This document shows positions 50,388 through 58,989 of a DNA stretch of 64,000 nucleotides, one piece after another (position 1 is the stretch's first letter; each line of letters starts with the position of its first letter). Source of the stretch: an uncultured virus (IMG/VR IMGVR_UViG_3300042860_003432) (Duplodnaviria; Heunggongvirae; Uroviricota; Caudoviricetes); the IMG/VR virus record IMGVR_UViG_3300042860_003432; one strand, 5' to 3'. A model generated the notes under the pieces. The model searched no databases and was not told the DNA's origin. It saw only the letters and a list, made by a program, of their open reading frames with translations. The position numbers and the translations under genes are program-made.

Positions 50388-50996
50388 TCATCTAACTACT
50401 AAACTTGTAGTTTCACTTTTTACAAGTCCAGCAGTATTGCGTGCTTCTACTTTATAGTTTCCTGAATCAGCAGTTGTAATATTGGCTAGTTTTAGGCTTG
50501 CATTTGTTTTTCCCGCTAAAACTACATTATTTTTATACCAAGTAAATCTCAACGGTCCAGTTGCAGCAGCATCAACATTTGCTTTTATAGTAATATCATC
50601 GCCAACATATGCATCTGCTTGCAAACTATATAAATCACCTTCAAGCAACCAAAAGTTTCTGCTTATTCTGGTTAGTTTCCATTGCGAACCCATTTTTCGC
50701 GTTCTAAAAGCATCATCCGATTGTAGTATAATAACACCGTTTTCTCCAACAATATTTATTGTACCATCCGATAATGCTGTGCCATATATTTCTGTGCCTG
50801 TGCCAAATACATTAGTTCTTTCAAATGGCACAACAAATCTAACCGTTGAGTTATTTGGCGTCTGCATCGCAATCAAATAACCAGAATCTCTGTTTGTTAT
50901 TTTATATTCGGTGCTTGTGCTTATGGTTTTTACATCCAAAGCATATGATGTAAGAGCAACTGTCAAGAATGTCAGTAATAGAAATATCTTTTTCAT
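50388..50996 (-). CDS. secreted protein with C-terminal immunoglobulin domain
   Basis: Signal peptide; FTWYKN...L.L.NIT.ADSGNY.V.A.N..G. Confidence 0.8.
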   Translation of the reverse strand: MKKIFLLLTFLTVALTSYALDVKTISTSTEYKITNRDSGYLIAMQTPNNSTVRFVVPFERTNVFGTGTEIYGTALSDGTINIVGENGVIILQSDDAFRTRKMGSQWKLTRISRNFWLLEGDLYSLQADAYVGDDITIKANVDAAATGPLRFTWYKNNVVLAGKTNASLKLANITTADSGNYKVEARNTAGLVKSETTSLVVR

Positions 50997-51113
50997 ATAC
51001 CGTATAAATATAATATATACGGTATGAAAATATTATAAACCGTTGATTAGTTTCTAATCATACTGATTTTCACGCCACTAATATATGGCGTGAATAATCA
51101 AACCTCAATAATT

Positions 51114-51449
51114 TTATCCGCGAATAATTTGGATTCTAACCTGATTAGGAGCAACTGGCGTAACAACAACAATAGCAAGAGGATCGCTATCAGCAGTGCC
51201 CCAGTTATTGGTTGCACGAAGCTTGTATGTGCCAGCATCTGTTAGAGCAATGGCATTGAATACAAGATTTGCACCAGTAGCAACTTGAACATCATTCTTG
51301 AACCACGCAAATGTGATTGGAGTTGTGCCCTGTGCTTCACCAGCAAGTGTGATTTTTGTGCCAGTATATTCTGTTGATTGTGTTTGAGCAAACAAACTCG
51401 TAGCTGAAACTAACAACGCTAAAATGCCTGAGACTAGTAGTTTTTTCAT
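51114..51449 (-). CDS. secreted single immunoglobulin-domain protein
   Basis: Signal peptide; GT.PITFAWFKN...DAGTY..RATNNWG. Confidence 0.8.
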   Translation of the reverse strand: MKKLLVSGILALLVSATSLFAQTQSTEYTGTKITLAGEAQGTTPITFAWFKNDVQVATGANLVFNAIALTDAGTYKLRATNNWGTADSDPLAIVVVTPVAPNQVRIQIIRG

Positions 51450-51697
51450 AATTTATGGATTTTATCTTTCAACCATAAATATCTTCGTATATATGAAAAA
51501 CGTATATATAAAAACTCATTGGAAAAATTCACCAGCGATGTATTACACCAGCAATAATAAACATATTGGTGACGATGTAAAAAAGTACAATGAGCGTGCG
51601 AACAAATGCAACTTTATCTGCTTCACAATTATCTTCACTTGCTTTTTCACCAAGTGATTTTGCCCATATTCTCCAAAATGATTTTAGCATAAATTAT

Positions 51698-51784
51698 TGG
51701 TGGGCATACTCGGACTTGAACCGAGACTCGCGTTACGCGAAACTCATTTTAAGTGAGTTGTGGCTACCATTACACCATATGCCC
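51698..51784 (-). tRNA. tRNA-Leu(UAA)
   Basis: Cloverleaf, anticodon arm ACTCA-CTTAAAA-TGAGT, long V arm, CCA. Confidence 0.92.
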
Positions 51785-51794
51785 GTATATTAAA

Positions 51795-52370
51795 TTAAAC
51801 TCTTCCCTTAGTAAAACCTTTTGGTATTGGGTCGCTTTTGGGAACTAACTTACTTATTTTTCCATCAGTAATCCAATGCTTTCCATAAGATGGATTATTT
51901 TTTCCATCCACTTTTCCTTTTCTCGACTCGCTAATTTTTTTCTTGGTTTCTTCTTTGTGCTTTCTTCCTTTCCAACCGTTACCACCGATACTCATTTTAT
52001 ATAAGTGAAGTCTTGCTCTGTTTTTTTCTGCAAACTCTTCTCTCCACACAGGATCATTTTCTCTTAACCATTTTATTTTTTTTCTCGCGAAATCTATATC
52101 TCCGACTCCCCCCAAACTAACATTATACGTATCGTCTCTTGCTATAAATTCTTGATCTACAATGTCCGCTTCTTTTTGCCACATTTCTTTTTCGGAAGAA
52201 CATTCTGTTATTATTTCTTTCTTAAAGAAATCTCTTCCATATTTTTTAATGGCACGCATAATTAGCACTCCGGAACCAAGATAAGAATCTTCTTTGTTTA
52301 GAGTTTTGTGTGCTCCTATATAAATTTTATTATTAATCGTGTTGGTAATTTTGTATATGATGTAATGCAT
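51795..52370 (-). CDS. GIY-YIG homing endonuclease (Seg-like, NUMOD3)
   Basis: IIYKITN..N.KIYIG, YLGSG, E..., YN, KGRKHKEETKKKISES; free-standing between tRNA genes. Confidence 0.9.
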   Translation of the reverse strand: MHYIIYKITNTINNKIYIGAHKTLNKEDSYLGSGVLIMRAIKKYGRDFFKKEIITECSSEKEMWQKEADIVDQEFIARDDTYNVSLGGVGDIDFARKKIKWLRENDPVWREEFAEKNRARLHLYKMSIGGNGWKGRKHKEETKKKISESRKGKVDGKNNPSYGKHWITDGKISKLVPKSDPIPKGFTKGRV

Positions 52371-52427
52371 ATACAAATAAATATAGTCCAAGTCGGAAAA
52401 AACAATGAACTCGGACTTATTATATGA

Positions 52428-52439
52428 TGTTAAAGAACA
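52428..52439 (-). promoter_or_regulatory. boxA-like antitermination motif
   Basis: TGTTCTTTAACA, one mismatch to E. coli rrn boxA TGCTCTTTAACA. Confidence 0.6.
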
Positions 52440-52446
52440 AAGTTAT

Positions 52447-52530
52447 TGGTAGCCAGAGCGGGGATCGAACCCGCAACCCTTTCGGGAGCAGTTTTTGAGA
52501 CTGCCGTGTATACCATTCCACCATCTGGCC
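52447..52530 (-). tRNA. tRNA-Leu(CAA)
   Basis: GCAGT-CTCAAAA-ACTGC anticodon arm, V arm, TTCGA, CCA. Confidence 0.92.
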
Positions 52531-52536
52531 AAAAAA

Positions 52537-52613
52537 TGGTAGTCGCGAAGGGACTCGAACCCCTGACCCTCTCGGTGTAAACGAGATGCTCTAACCAACT
52601 GAGCTACACGACC
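52537..52613 (-). tRNA. tRNA-Val(UAC)
   Basis: TCTCG-TTTACAC-CGAGA, canonical D and T arms, CCA. Confidence 0.95.
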
Positions 52614-52619
52614 ATAATT

Positions 52620-52708
52620 TGGTGGGCGAGACAGGACTCGAACCTGCACAGAATTTAATCTAATGGCTTCTAAGACCATCGCGTATTAGCCAATTCCGCC
52701 ACTCGCCC
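52620..52708 (-). tRNA. tRNA-Leu(UAG)
   Basis: ATGGT-CTTAGAA-GCCAT, V arm, TTCGA, CCA. Confidence 0.92.
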
Positions 52709-52710
52709 AA

Positions 52711-52754
52711 TTCAAAGAACACCTATACTCTACACACTTTATTTATTTCGTCAA
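52711..52754 (-). promoter_or_regulatory. sigma70-type promoter plus boxA-like motif for the tRNA operon
   Basis: TTGACG-N16-TAGAGT followed by TGTTCTTTGAA directly before tRNA-Leu(UAG). Confidence 0.65.
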
Positions 52755-53087
52755 GAACTTTCTGCGATAAACTGCATATCCCAATCCAATCATTCCTGCA
52801 AACAATGCATATGTAGACGGTTCAGGTACAGCAGGACCGCAATAATCTTTATCATAACCACCTCCACCGCCATAATATGGACGCTTGTATTTATCGTCAT
52901 CATCGTCATCATCTTCATCGTCATCATCCCAATCATAACTGCTGCTCATACTAATCATCTGCACAGGGTCTGTATATGACGGCTGAAATGTGCTCATAAT
53001 ATCATAATTACCAAAATCTACAACAGAGTCATTGGCAAAAATGCCGCTAACAAACATAGTAAAGATAAACAATAGTTTCTTATTCAT
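52743..53087 (-). CDS. PEP-CTERM sorting domain protein
   Basis: Signal peptide, poly-Asp tract, C-terminal VPEPSTYALFAGMIGLGYAVYRRK. Confidence 0.9.
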   Translation of the reverse strand: MNKKLLFIFTMFVSGIFANDSVVDFGNYDIMSTFQPSYTDPVQMISMSSSYDWDDDDEDDDDDDDKYKRPYYGGGGGYDKDYCGPAVPEPSTYALFAGMIGLGYAVYRRKFLTK

Positions 53088-53153
53088 ATGCTATAACTAT
53101 ACAGGTTTTTATGCTATACTCAAGCATAAAATCTATAATAAGTAATAATACGG

Positions 53154-53600
53154 TTATATCTTATAATCTTCGTGCTGTATGCTTTTTAGATTATTGTATA
53201 TGTAATGTACCCAATAATCAAGTTCGTGTGATTCATCTACTTTCAGATGATAATCAGTTGGTTGTGTAAATAACTTTGTTGTATCAGTAAAATCTCTAAC
53301 TGGTTTTCTTGCCATTAATATTACATAAGCATCTTTGGCGCCAAATGCCTCTCGTGCTGCTGCCGTAGGGCATACAAAATCTGCTATGGCATATACACCT
53401 GTTCTATTTACTATATCACATAATACTCCCATTCTTCTGGCGTGTTCTATTCTATCAGCTACATCAAACGTAAGGTCTTTATTTATTTTAGTTCTTATTT
53501 CGTCGGCGTTGAAATGAACAGCGTTCAATATTTTTGATAACGCAGTAGATAATGTTGTTTTACCCGAACCAGGCAAACCCATAACAAGTATCTTTTTCAT
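53154..53600 (-). CDS. adenylyl-sulfate kinase-like P-loop protein
   Basis: GLPGSGKTT, NADEIR, DR..HARR, DFVCPT...R. Confidence 0.75.
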   Translation of the reverse strand: MKKILVMGLPGSGKTTLSTALSKILNAVHFNADEIRTKINKDLTFDVADRIEHARRMGVLCDIVNRTGVYAIADFVCPTAAAREAFGAKDAYVILMARKPVRDFTDTTKLFTQPTDYHLKVDESHELDYWVHYIYNNLKSIQHEDYKI

Positions 53601-53656
53601 AACTACGGTTAGTGTTAATATTTATGTAAATTTTTACAGATTAAAAAACCAGTTCA

Positions 53657-54169
53657 TCAAACTTTACAATTTGTAAACAATTTTTTTTCTTTTACGTGCT
53701 CAACTGGGCATTCGTAAAAATATCTTATTCTGTTTTTAAATCTATCTCTTTTTGAAACTTTTTTCCAATATTCGGAAGAGCTTGTAGTTACTATAAGAGC
53801 CGTAGTCATAGTGTCATTTAATATAACATATGCATACGGTTTTGGATCAGCATTATCGAATGTATGACATACGTCAACTATGATTGTTTTATAAGGAAAA
53901 TCTTTTAGACCAGAAAATTTTAAAGATTTTCTATGTTTTACTTCTATTCTTTTACTTCCATTCAATTCATCAACAATTTCGAGATCTCCGTCGTCTGCAT
54001 ATTCTGCCATTTTCTCTACGCTTGGCCTTTCCTTGACTTCGAATATATTTACTTTTTTTCCTAATGAACGAAGCCAATCGGCGACGACTTCTACGGATTT
54101 TTTGCTTTCTCTCAAATCGGAGATAAAATTGGGATCTTCCTTTTCATACTTGGAAAAACTATATTTCAT
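53657..54169 (-). CDS. putative PD-(D/E)XK-fold protein
   Basis: DDGDL...RIEVKH; start moved to 54169 because the longer ORF overlaps a tRNA. Confidence 0.55.
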   Translation of the reverse strand: MKYSFSKYEKEDPNFISDLRESKKSVEVVADWLRSLGKKVNIFEVKERPSVEKMAEYADDGDLEIVDELNGSKRIEVKHRKSLKFSGLKDFPYKTIIVDVCHTFDNADPKPYAYVILNDTMTTALIVTTSSSEYWKKVSKRDRFKNRIRYFYECPVEHVKEKKLFTNCKV

Positions 54170-54173
54170 ATAA

Positions 54174-54248
54174 TGGTAGTGGGTGCGGCGTTTGAATCCG
54201 CTATCTTGGCTTATGAGACCAGCATTATACCACATTAATTAACCCACC
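54174..54248 (-). tRNA. tRNA with CAU anticodon (Met or Ile2), atypical and possibly degenerate
   Basis: Acceptor GGTGGGT/ACCCACT-A-CCA, loop CTCATAA; weak D arm and mismatched T stem. Confidence 0.7.
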
Positions 54249-54257
54249 CTAACAATT

Positions 54258-54351
54258 TGGTAGTCCCAGAGGGAATCGAACCCCCGCTCGGCACTAATCA
54301 GGTGCGCACAGTTTATAAGGCTGTCGGTGCTTCCAGTTACACTATGGGACC
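54258..54351 (-). tRNA. tRNA with UAU anticodon (nominally Ile) and long variable arm
   Basis: GGTCCCA/TGGGACT-A-CCA; ACAGC-CTTATAA-ACTGT; V-arm hairpin GCAC-CTGATTA-GTGC; TTCGA. Confidence 0.8.
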
Positions 54352-54401
54352 AAATCAACTAACAATGGCTAGTATGGATATTTTCTATCAGAAGTCAATA
54401 A

Positions 54402-55394
54402 CTATTTTTCAATTAAGTTTTGTTTGAATATTTTCCAGCAATTTTCCCAAGTCCAATATGAACCATTCATCGCGACTATATCACGGTTTAGTTTTAGCGA
54501 TTTGTTGATACAATCTTCAAGATTATCTCCCATATATCCAGTCAACCCATCTTGAACAATATCTATTGGACCAGAAACGGGATATGCGGCTATTGGCGTG
54601 CCTAAACTCATTGCTTCTATCAAAACTATACCAAATGTGTCTGTTTTGCTGGGAAAACAAAATACATCTGCGTTTATATATTCATTTGCTAAATCTTTTC
54701 CGGTTTTGTATCCAAGGAACTTTACATTTTTATATTTTTTCTCTAAATGTTTTCTATATGGACCATCACCAACCAAGCGAACTTCATATTTGTCTTGTAG
54801 AACACACAAGTCATCCAGATTTTTTTCAAGGGATATTCTGCCAACATATAACACAACAGGAACTTCATTATTTTTTCTTTGAGTTGTTGGCGTCAGCAGA
54901 TTCTTATCAACTCCTCTTGTCCATATAACCATCTCAACGTCAAAATTGTTTTTACTCAGTTCATTCATCATTGACTTGGTAGTAACCAATACTCTACCAG
55001 AATGTTTATGAAACCATCTTACATAAGAATATGTGATACACTTTGGTATTTTATACATTTCATTCACATACTCTGGAAACTTTGTATGATATGAAGTGTT
55101 GTATTTGTATTTCTTACTATCACAATATAGTTTGGCAAAAAGTCCAAGCGGGCCTTCTGTAGAAATATGAATATAATCTGGATTGTATTCTTCTATCTTT
55201 TTTCCTAATCCAAATGGCAGGCTCATTTTTACTTCCGGATATCTTGGCATACTAAAATGCTTATACATTTCCGGTGAAATAAAGCATACCGTATGTCCAT
55301 CATTTTCCGCCTGTATCTTTATATTCTTGTATGTAGTTACAACGCCATTTATTTGCGTGAAAAGATTATCCGTTACTATTAGTATCTTTTTCAT
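54402..55394 (-). CDS. GT4 glycosyltransferase, Agt-like (diacylglycerol glycosyltransferase)
   Basis: ILIVTD...QINGVVTT, HISTEGPLG, TSYHTKFPEY, WTRGVD, YVGRIS.EKN, PSKTDTFG.V.IEA, AAYPVSGP. Confidence 0.8.
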   Translation of the reverse strand: MKKILIVTDNLFTQINGVVTTYKNIKIQAENDGHTVCFISPEMYKHFSMPRYPEVKMSLPFGLGKKIEEYNPDYIHISTEGPLGLFAKLYCDSKKYKYNTSYHTKFPEYVNEMYKIPKCITYSYVRWFHKHSGRVLVTTKSMMNELSKNNFDVEMVIWTRGVDKNLLTPTTQRKNNEVPVVLYVGRISLEKNLDDLCVLQDKYEVRLVGDGPYRKHLEKKYKNVKFLGYKTGKDLANEYINADVFCFPSKTDTFGIVLIEAMSLGTPIAAYPVSGPIDIVQDGLTGYMGDNLEDCINKSLKLNRDIVAMNGSYWTWENCWKIFKQNLIEK

Positions 55395-56133
55395 TGTAGT
55401 GTATCAACTCAAATGTTCCATTGTGATGCTCTACTATGGCGGTCAATGATTCTACCCAATCGCCGCAGTTCATATAATGAACATCATTTATATGTTTCAT
55501 TTCTGGATGATGTATATGACCGCATATTACGCCAACATATCCTTTTCTTTTACAATGATTAGATATATTAGTCTCAAACTTGAATATAAAATCAACGGCC
55601 TTTTTGACGCGATGCTTCAAAAACTTGCTGAAACTCCAATAACCAAATCCAAGTTTATGTCTTATCCAGTTATATTTTGTATTTAGGGCAAGAATAAAAT
55701 CATAACTTTTGTCTCCAAGAAAACTAAGCCACGGAGCCAATCTTGTTATACCATCAAATAAATCTCCGTGAACAACAAGATATTTTTCACCATATACACT
55801 AATATGTTCTATTTCATTACATAACTTGATGTTTCCTACTTCAAGTTCATATGGCAGCATCAATCTGAAAAACTCATCGTGATTGCCAATAACATATACT
55901 ATTTTGGTATCATTACGATGTAGTTTCAACAATCTTCTGATTACTTCAGAATGGCTGTTTTTCCATTTTGACCTGTTTTGTTGAAACTTCCAACCATCTA
56001 TGACATCACCGACGAGATAAAGAGTCTCGCAACTGTTACATTTTAGAAAATTTTCTACCTCTTTCGCCTTGCTATTTTTAGAACCGAGATGTAGGTCGGA
56101 TATAAAAATAGAGCGATATTTAGGTAGTTTCAT
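55366..56133 (-). CDS. PlcP-like metallophosphoesterase (LpxH/UDP-2,3-diacylglucosamine hydrolase superfamily)
   Basis: YRSIFISDLHLG, LYLVGDVIDGW, GNHDE, HGDLFD, YWSFS...K.RVK.AV, ICGHIH, NCGDWVES.TA.VE. Confidence 0.8.
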   Translation of the reverse strand: MKLPKYRSIFISDLHLGSKNSKAKEVENFLKCNSCETLYLVGDVIDGWKFQQNRSKWKNSHSEVIRRLLKLHRNDTKIVYVIGNHDEFFRLMLPYELEVGNIKLCNEIEHISVYGEKYLVVHGDLFDGITRLAPWLSFLGDKSYDFILALNTKYNWIRHKLGFGYWSFSKFLKHRVKKAVDFIFKFETNISNHCKRKGYVGVICGHIHHPEMKHINDVHYMNCGDWVESLTAIVEHHNGTFELIHYNEKDTNSNG

Positions 56134-56385
56134 TTAGTCCGCTTTATCTCCAAACATGAACTTGTTGGCAATAACATCTATGTTATGAAATGCTATGCTA
56201 ACCTTATCTATAATCCAAGGATCTAACTTTACAGTTTCACTTGCCATAATCTCTTTTATACGCTTACACTTTTCTTCTATGGCAGTTAGTTGATATTCAA
56301 TCATATCCTGCTGGCGTTCTGGATTTAATGTTACCATTTCATCCATTACTTCTTTGATAAGGTCTTTGAGTTCTGATTTTTTCAT
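56134..56385 (-). CDS. hypothetical protein
   Basis: Start MKKSELKDLIKE at 56385 after TATATTTATT. Confidence 0.6.
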   Translation of the reverse strand: MKKSELKDLIKEVMDEMVTLNPERQQDMIEYQLTAIEEKCKRIKEIMASETVKLDPWIIDKVSIAFHNIDVIANKFMFGDKAD

Positions 56386-56411
56386 ATAATAATAAATATA
56401 TACACATAAAC

Positions 56412-56438
56412 AAAAACCCAGCATTTACGCTGGGTTTT
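56412..56438 (-). terminator. intrinsic terminator
   Basis: aaaaacccagc-attta-cgctgggtttt downstream of the FHA-like gene. Confidence 0.7.
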
Positions 56439-56463
56439 CGTGAGTTGATATATATTAACTATA

Positions 56464-58428
56464 TCAAGGCTTTGGAGGCAGGAATGTGCCTGTACCAGCA
56501 TTGACTGGATATACTCCACTCAAGTTGGTAGCAAAACTCAATGCACTCAAATCTGTTACTCCCTTGGCATTGAACGTAAGTGCCGAGGTCTTTAGCAGAT
56601 TGGATAGTGTAATATTTCCGCCAGCAGTTAGTGTTAGAGCACCAACCAACGAGTTTGTAGAAGCGGCAGAAGTATTGAAAATATCTCCACCACTTACAAC
56701 GCTGGTAGTTCCACCGTTCAATGAACCAATGTTTGTACTATTGAGTTCATTTAGGTTGATTGCTCCAGTGCCAGCAGCGACTGACACCAATCCAAAGTTG
56801 TTGTTTGGTTGAGTCAGGCTAACTTCAGCATTATTGGTATTGACGACCAAGTTTCCACGAACATCCATAGAAGTTGTAGGAACTTGAGTAACTGCTGCTC
56901 CAGCAATACCTGTGGTAGAAACGGTAAGGTTTCCGCCAACATTAGTCGTACCAAGCGAAGTAGCACGAGCCTGTGTCAGTACCGCATCAGTTGTAGCAGT
57001 TAGTGTAACATTTCCGAGGTTGTTTAGACCGGCGGGATCGTTAAGATTTACATTTGTCGCAGTAAGATTGCTTGCGCCAGCAGTAACGCGGCTAGTAGCG
57101 AGCAATTGCACAATGTCATTCTTACTTGTGGCAACCAGATTGCCAGTTACAGCAACACGGTTTAGGTTGAGTGTAGCGTCCTCAACGATAGTAGCATTAC
57201 CACGAACATCAAGGCTTACTGGACCAAAACTATGCTTTGCACGAGCAATATTGACATCACCAGTTGTAACAAATGATGTCGGACCGTACACGAACTGCTT
57301 TTCTGCTGTATCAACTACAGTAGGAGCGGTAAATGTAGTATTACCAGAACTTCCCAAGGCAACGCCAGTCAAGGCGATGCGGGACAGTGCCGTTACAGTT
57401 GTATCACCAGTTCCGCTGTTAGTAACATTGGCAAGAGTAACCGCACCACCACCAAGAGTGATGTTGCCAGCCGCCATTACATTATAGTTTGTAGAAGCGG
57501 CGGTACTTGCAGCAACAATGTTATTGCCACTAACCGTAACATTTGTGCTGGTCAAGCGTGGAAGCGAAACATCCTTACCAGAGACAGTCAGGTTTGTTAC
57601 GTTGAGCGTACCAGTACCTTGTGTGACAGCACCAGCGGTCAAAGCGCCAGTAGCATTGATGGTGATATTTCCAGTAGAAGTAATAAAGCCGTTAGGAGCA
57701 ATGATTACATTTCCGCCGGAAGTATTGATGTCGGTCTTGCCATTTAGCACAGCAGGAGCAGCAAAACTGGAACCCAGAACGGCATTACCGCCGTATGTAT
57801 TGACTACAAGATTTCCAGTAACAATGGCACCTCCAATGTTTGTGTTACGAGAAGCAATGGTAATGTTCTCCGAAACTGCCTGCAACACCGCGCCATCAGT
57901 AACGGTTACTCCATTTGTGAGAACGCTCGTGGGCAGGTTGTCTTGGCTGGGCAACTTTGCGTTGGTATTCCAGTATCCAAGAGAAACAGTAGGATCGTCA
58001 ACGGTGCTGACGTATAATCCAGCAACATTGATGGTGCTAGTACCACCGATAAGTACGCCGTTTGGATTTAGAATGAACACTCGTCCATTCGACTCGATGG
58101 CACCGTTGATGGTGCTGGCTGCTCCACCGGAGACGATATTCAGCACAGACGAGTTGGTTGCAGGCAATGTGTATTCAATGCGCTGACCGGCGTCAATCGT
58201 GTTCGTTCCACTGCCAAAAGCCTGCCAGTTAAGCACAGCCTTGTTTGGTGCAGAAATGCTCAGTGTGTTTGCAGTTCCATTTACTAAAACACCCGCTGTC
58301 GTTTGTAGATTGGTGGCGTCGATGCTCGGAAGAGCAAAGACATGCGCCACGGCGAATACAAACACCATCAACGAAGACAATGTCTTCGTCCACAGCGAGT
58401 TATTATGTGTATTTTTATTGTATTTCAT
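56464..58428 (-). CDS. filamentous-haemagglutinin-like beta-helical exoprotein (TPS N-terminal domain)
   Basis: Signal peptide; AVLNWQAF, SVLNIVSGG..S.ING.IESNGRVFILNPNGVLIG; T/N/G/V-rich repeats. Confidence 0.85.
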   Translation of the reverse strand: MKYNKNTHNNSLWTKTLSSLMVFVFAVAHVFALPSIDATNLQTTAGVLVNGTANTLSISAPNKAVLNWQAFGSGTNTIDAGQRIEYTLPATNSSVLNIVSGGAASTINGAIESNGRVFILNPNGVLIGGTSTINVAGLYVSTVDDPTVSLGYWNTNAKLPSQDNLPTSVLTNGVTVTDGAVLQAVSENITIASRNTNIGGAIVTGNLVVNTYGGNAVLGSSFAAPAVLNGKTDINTSGGNVIIAPNGFITSTGNITINATGALTAGAVTQGTGTLNVTNLTVSGKDVSLPRLTSTNVTVSGNNIVAASTAASTNYNVMAAGNITLGGGAVTLANVTNSGTGDTTVTALSRIALTGVALGSSGNTTFTAPTVVDTAEKQFVYGPTSFVTTGDVNIARAKHSFGPVSLDVRGNATIVEDATLNLNRVAVTGNLVATSKNDIVQLLATSRVTAGASNLTATNVNLNDPAGLNNLGNVTLTATTDAVLTQARATSLGTTNVGGNLTVSTTGIAGAAVTQVPTTSMDVRGNLVVNTNNAEVSLTQPNNNFGLVSVAAGTGAINLNELNSTNIGSLNGGTTSVVSGGDIFNTSAASTNSLVGALTLTAGGNITLSNLLKTSALTFNAKGVTDLSALSFATNLSGVYPVNAGTGTFLPPKP

Positions 58429-58563
58429 ATGTATTTTGTTTTTTATTATGCAGTTGTTTAACTGATAGTAAGAGCCAATAAATATACACGTATATACGAC
58501 CGCGTCAAGTAAAAACTTCTTATATATATTTTTATATATACGATTTGATATATATTATCACTT

Positions 58564-58989
58564 ATGTACACATATAAATGCCGCATCAACAAAGTTTTAG
58601 ACGGTGACACCGTTGAAATAGATTTGGACTTGGGTTTCAATACAACCCTAGCTAACCAAAAAGTAAGATTGCTTGGTATAGACGCACCAGAATCTCGTAC
58701 AACAAACAAAGAAGAAAAAGTGCGTGGTGCTCTTTCTAAAAAGAAACTACAAGAAAAACTACCTGTAGGTTGTTCTGTAAAGATTATTACTCACAAGAAT
58801 GATAATAACGACGACAAGTTTGGCCGCATACTTGGCGAGTTTATTCTTGATGATGGCACCAATCTAAACAAGTGGATGATAGAGAATAACTATGCTGTAC
58901 CTTATCTTGGTGAAAATAAGGAACTGGTGCAAGAAGCACATCAAATCAATAAGAAGAAACTTATTGAGCGTGGCGAGTTGACTGCTTAA
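58564..58989 (+). CDS. thermonuclease (SNase-like) family protein
   Basis: KVLDGDT, RLLGIDAPESR, DKFGRILG, N..MI....A. Confidence 0.9.
   Translation: MYTYKCRINKVLDGDTVEIDLDLGFNTTLANQKVRLLGIDAPESRTTNKEEKVRGALSKKKLQEKLPVGCSVKIITHKNDNNDDKFGRILGEFILDDGTNLNKWMIENNYAVPYLGENKELVQEAHQINKKKLIERGELTA

Noticed and set aside
52443..52679. 78-aa ORF from the track (also 63661..63954, 51590..51793 and the 5' extension of 53657..54235)
   Set aside because: They overlap well-formed tRNA genes
56486..58465. Long + strand ORFs opposite the FHA-like gene (also 6033..6494, 8550..9245, 736..1224)
   Set aside because: Antisense shadows of low-complexity or biased minus-strand genes, with no recognisable motifs
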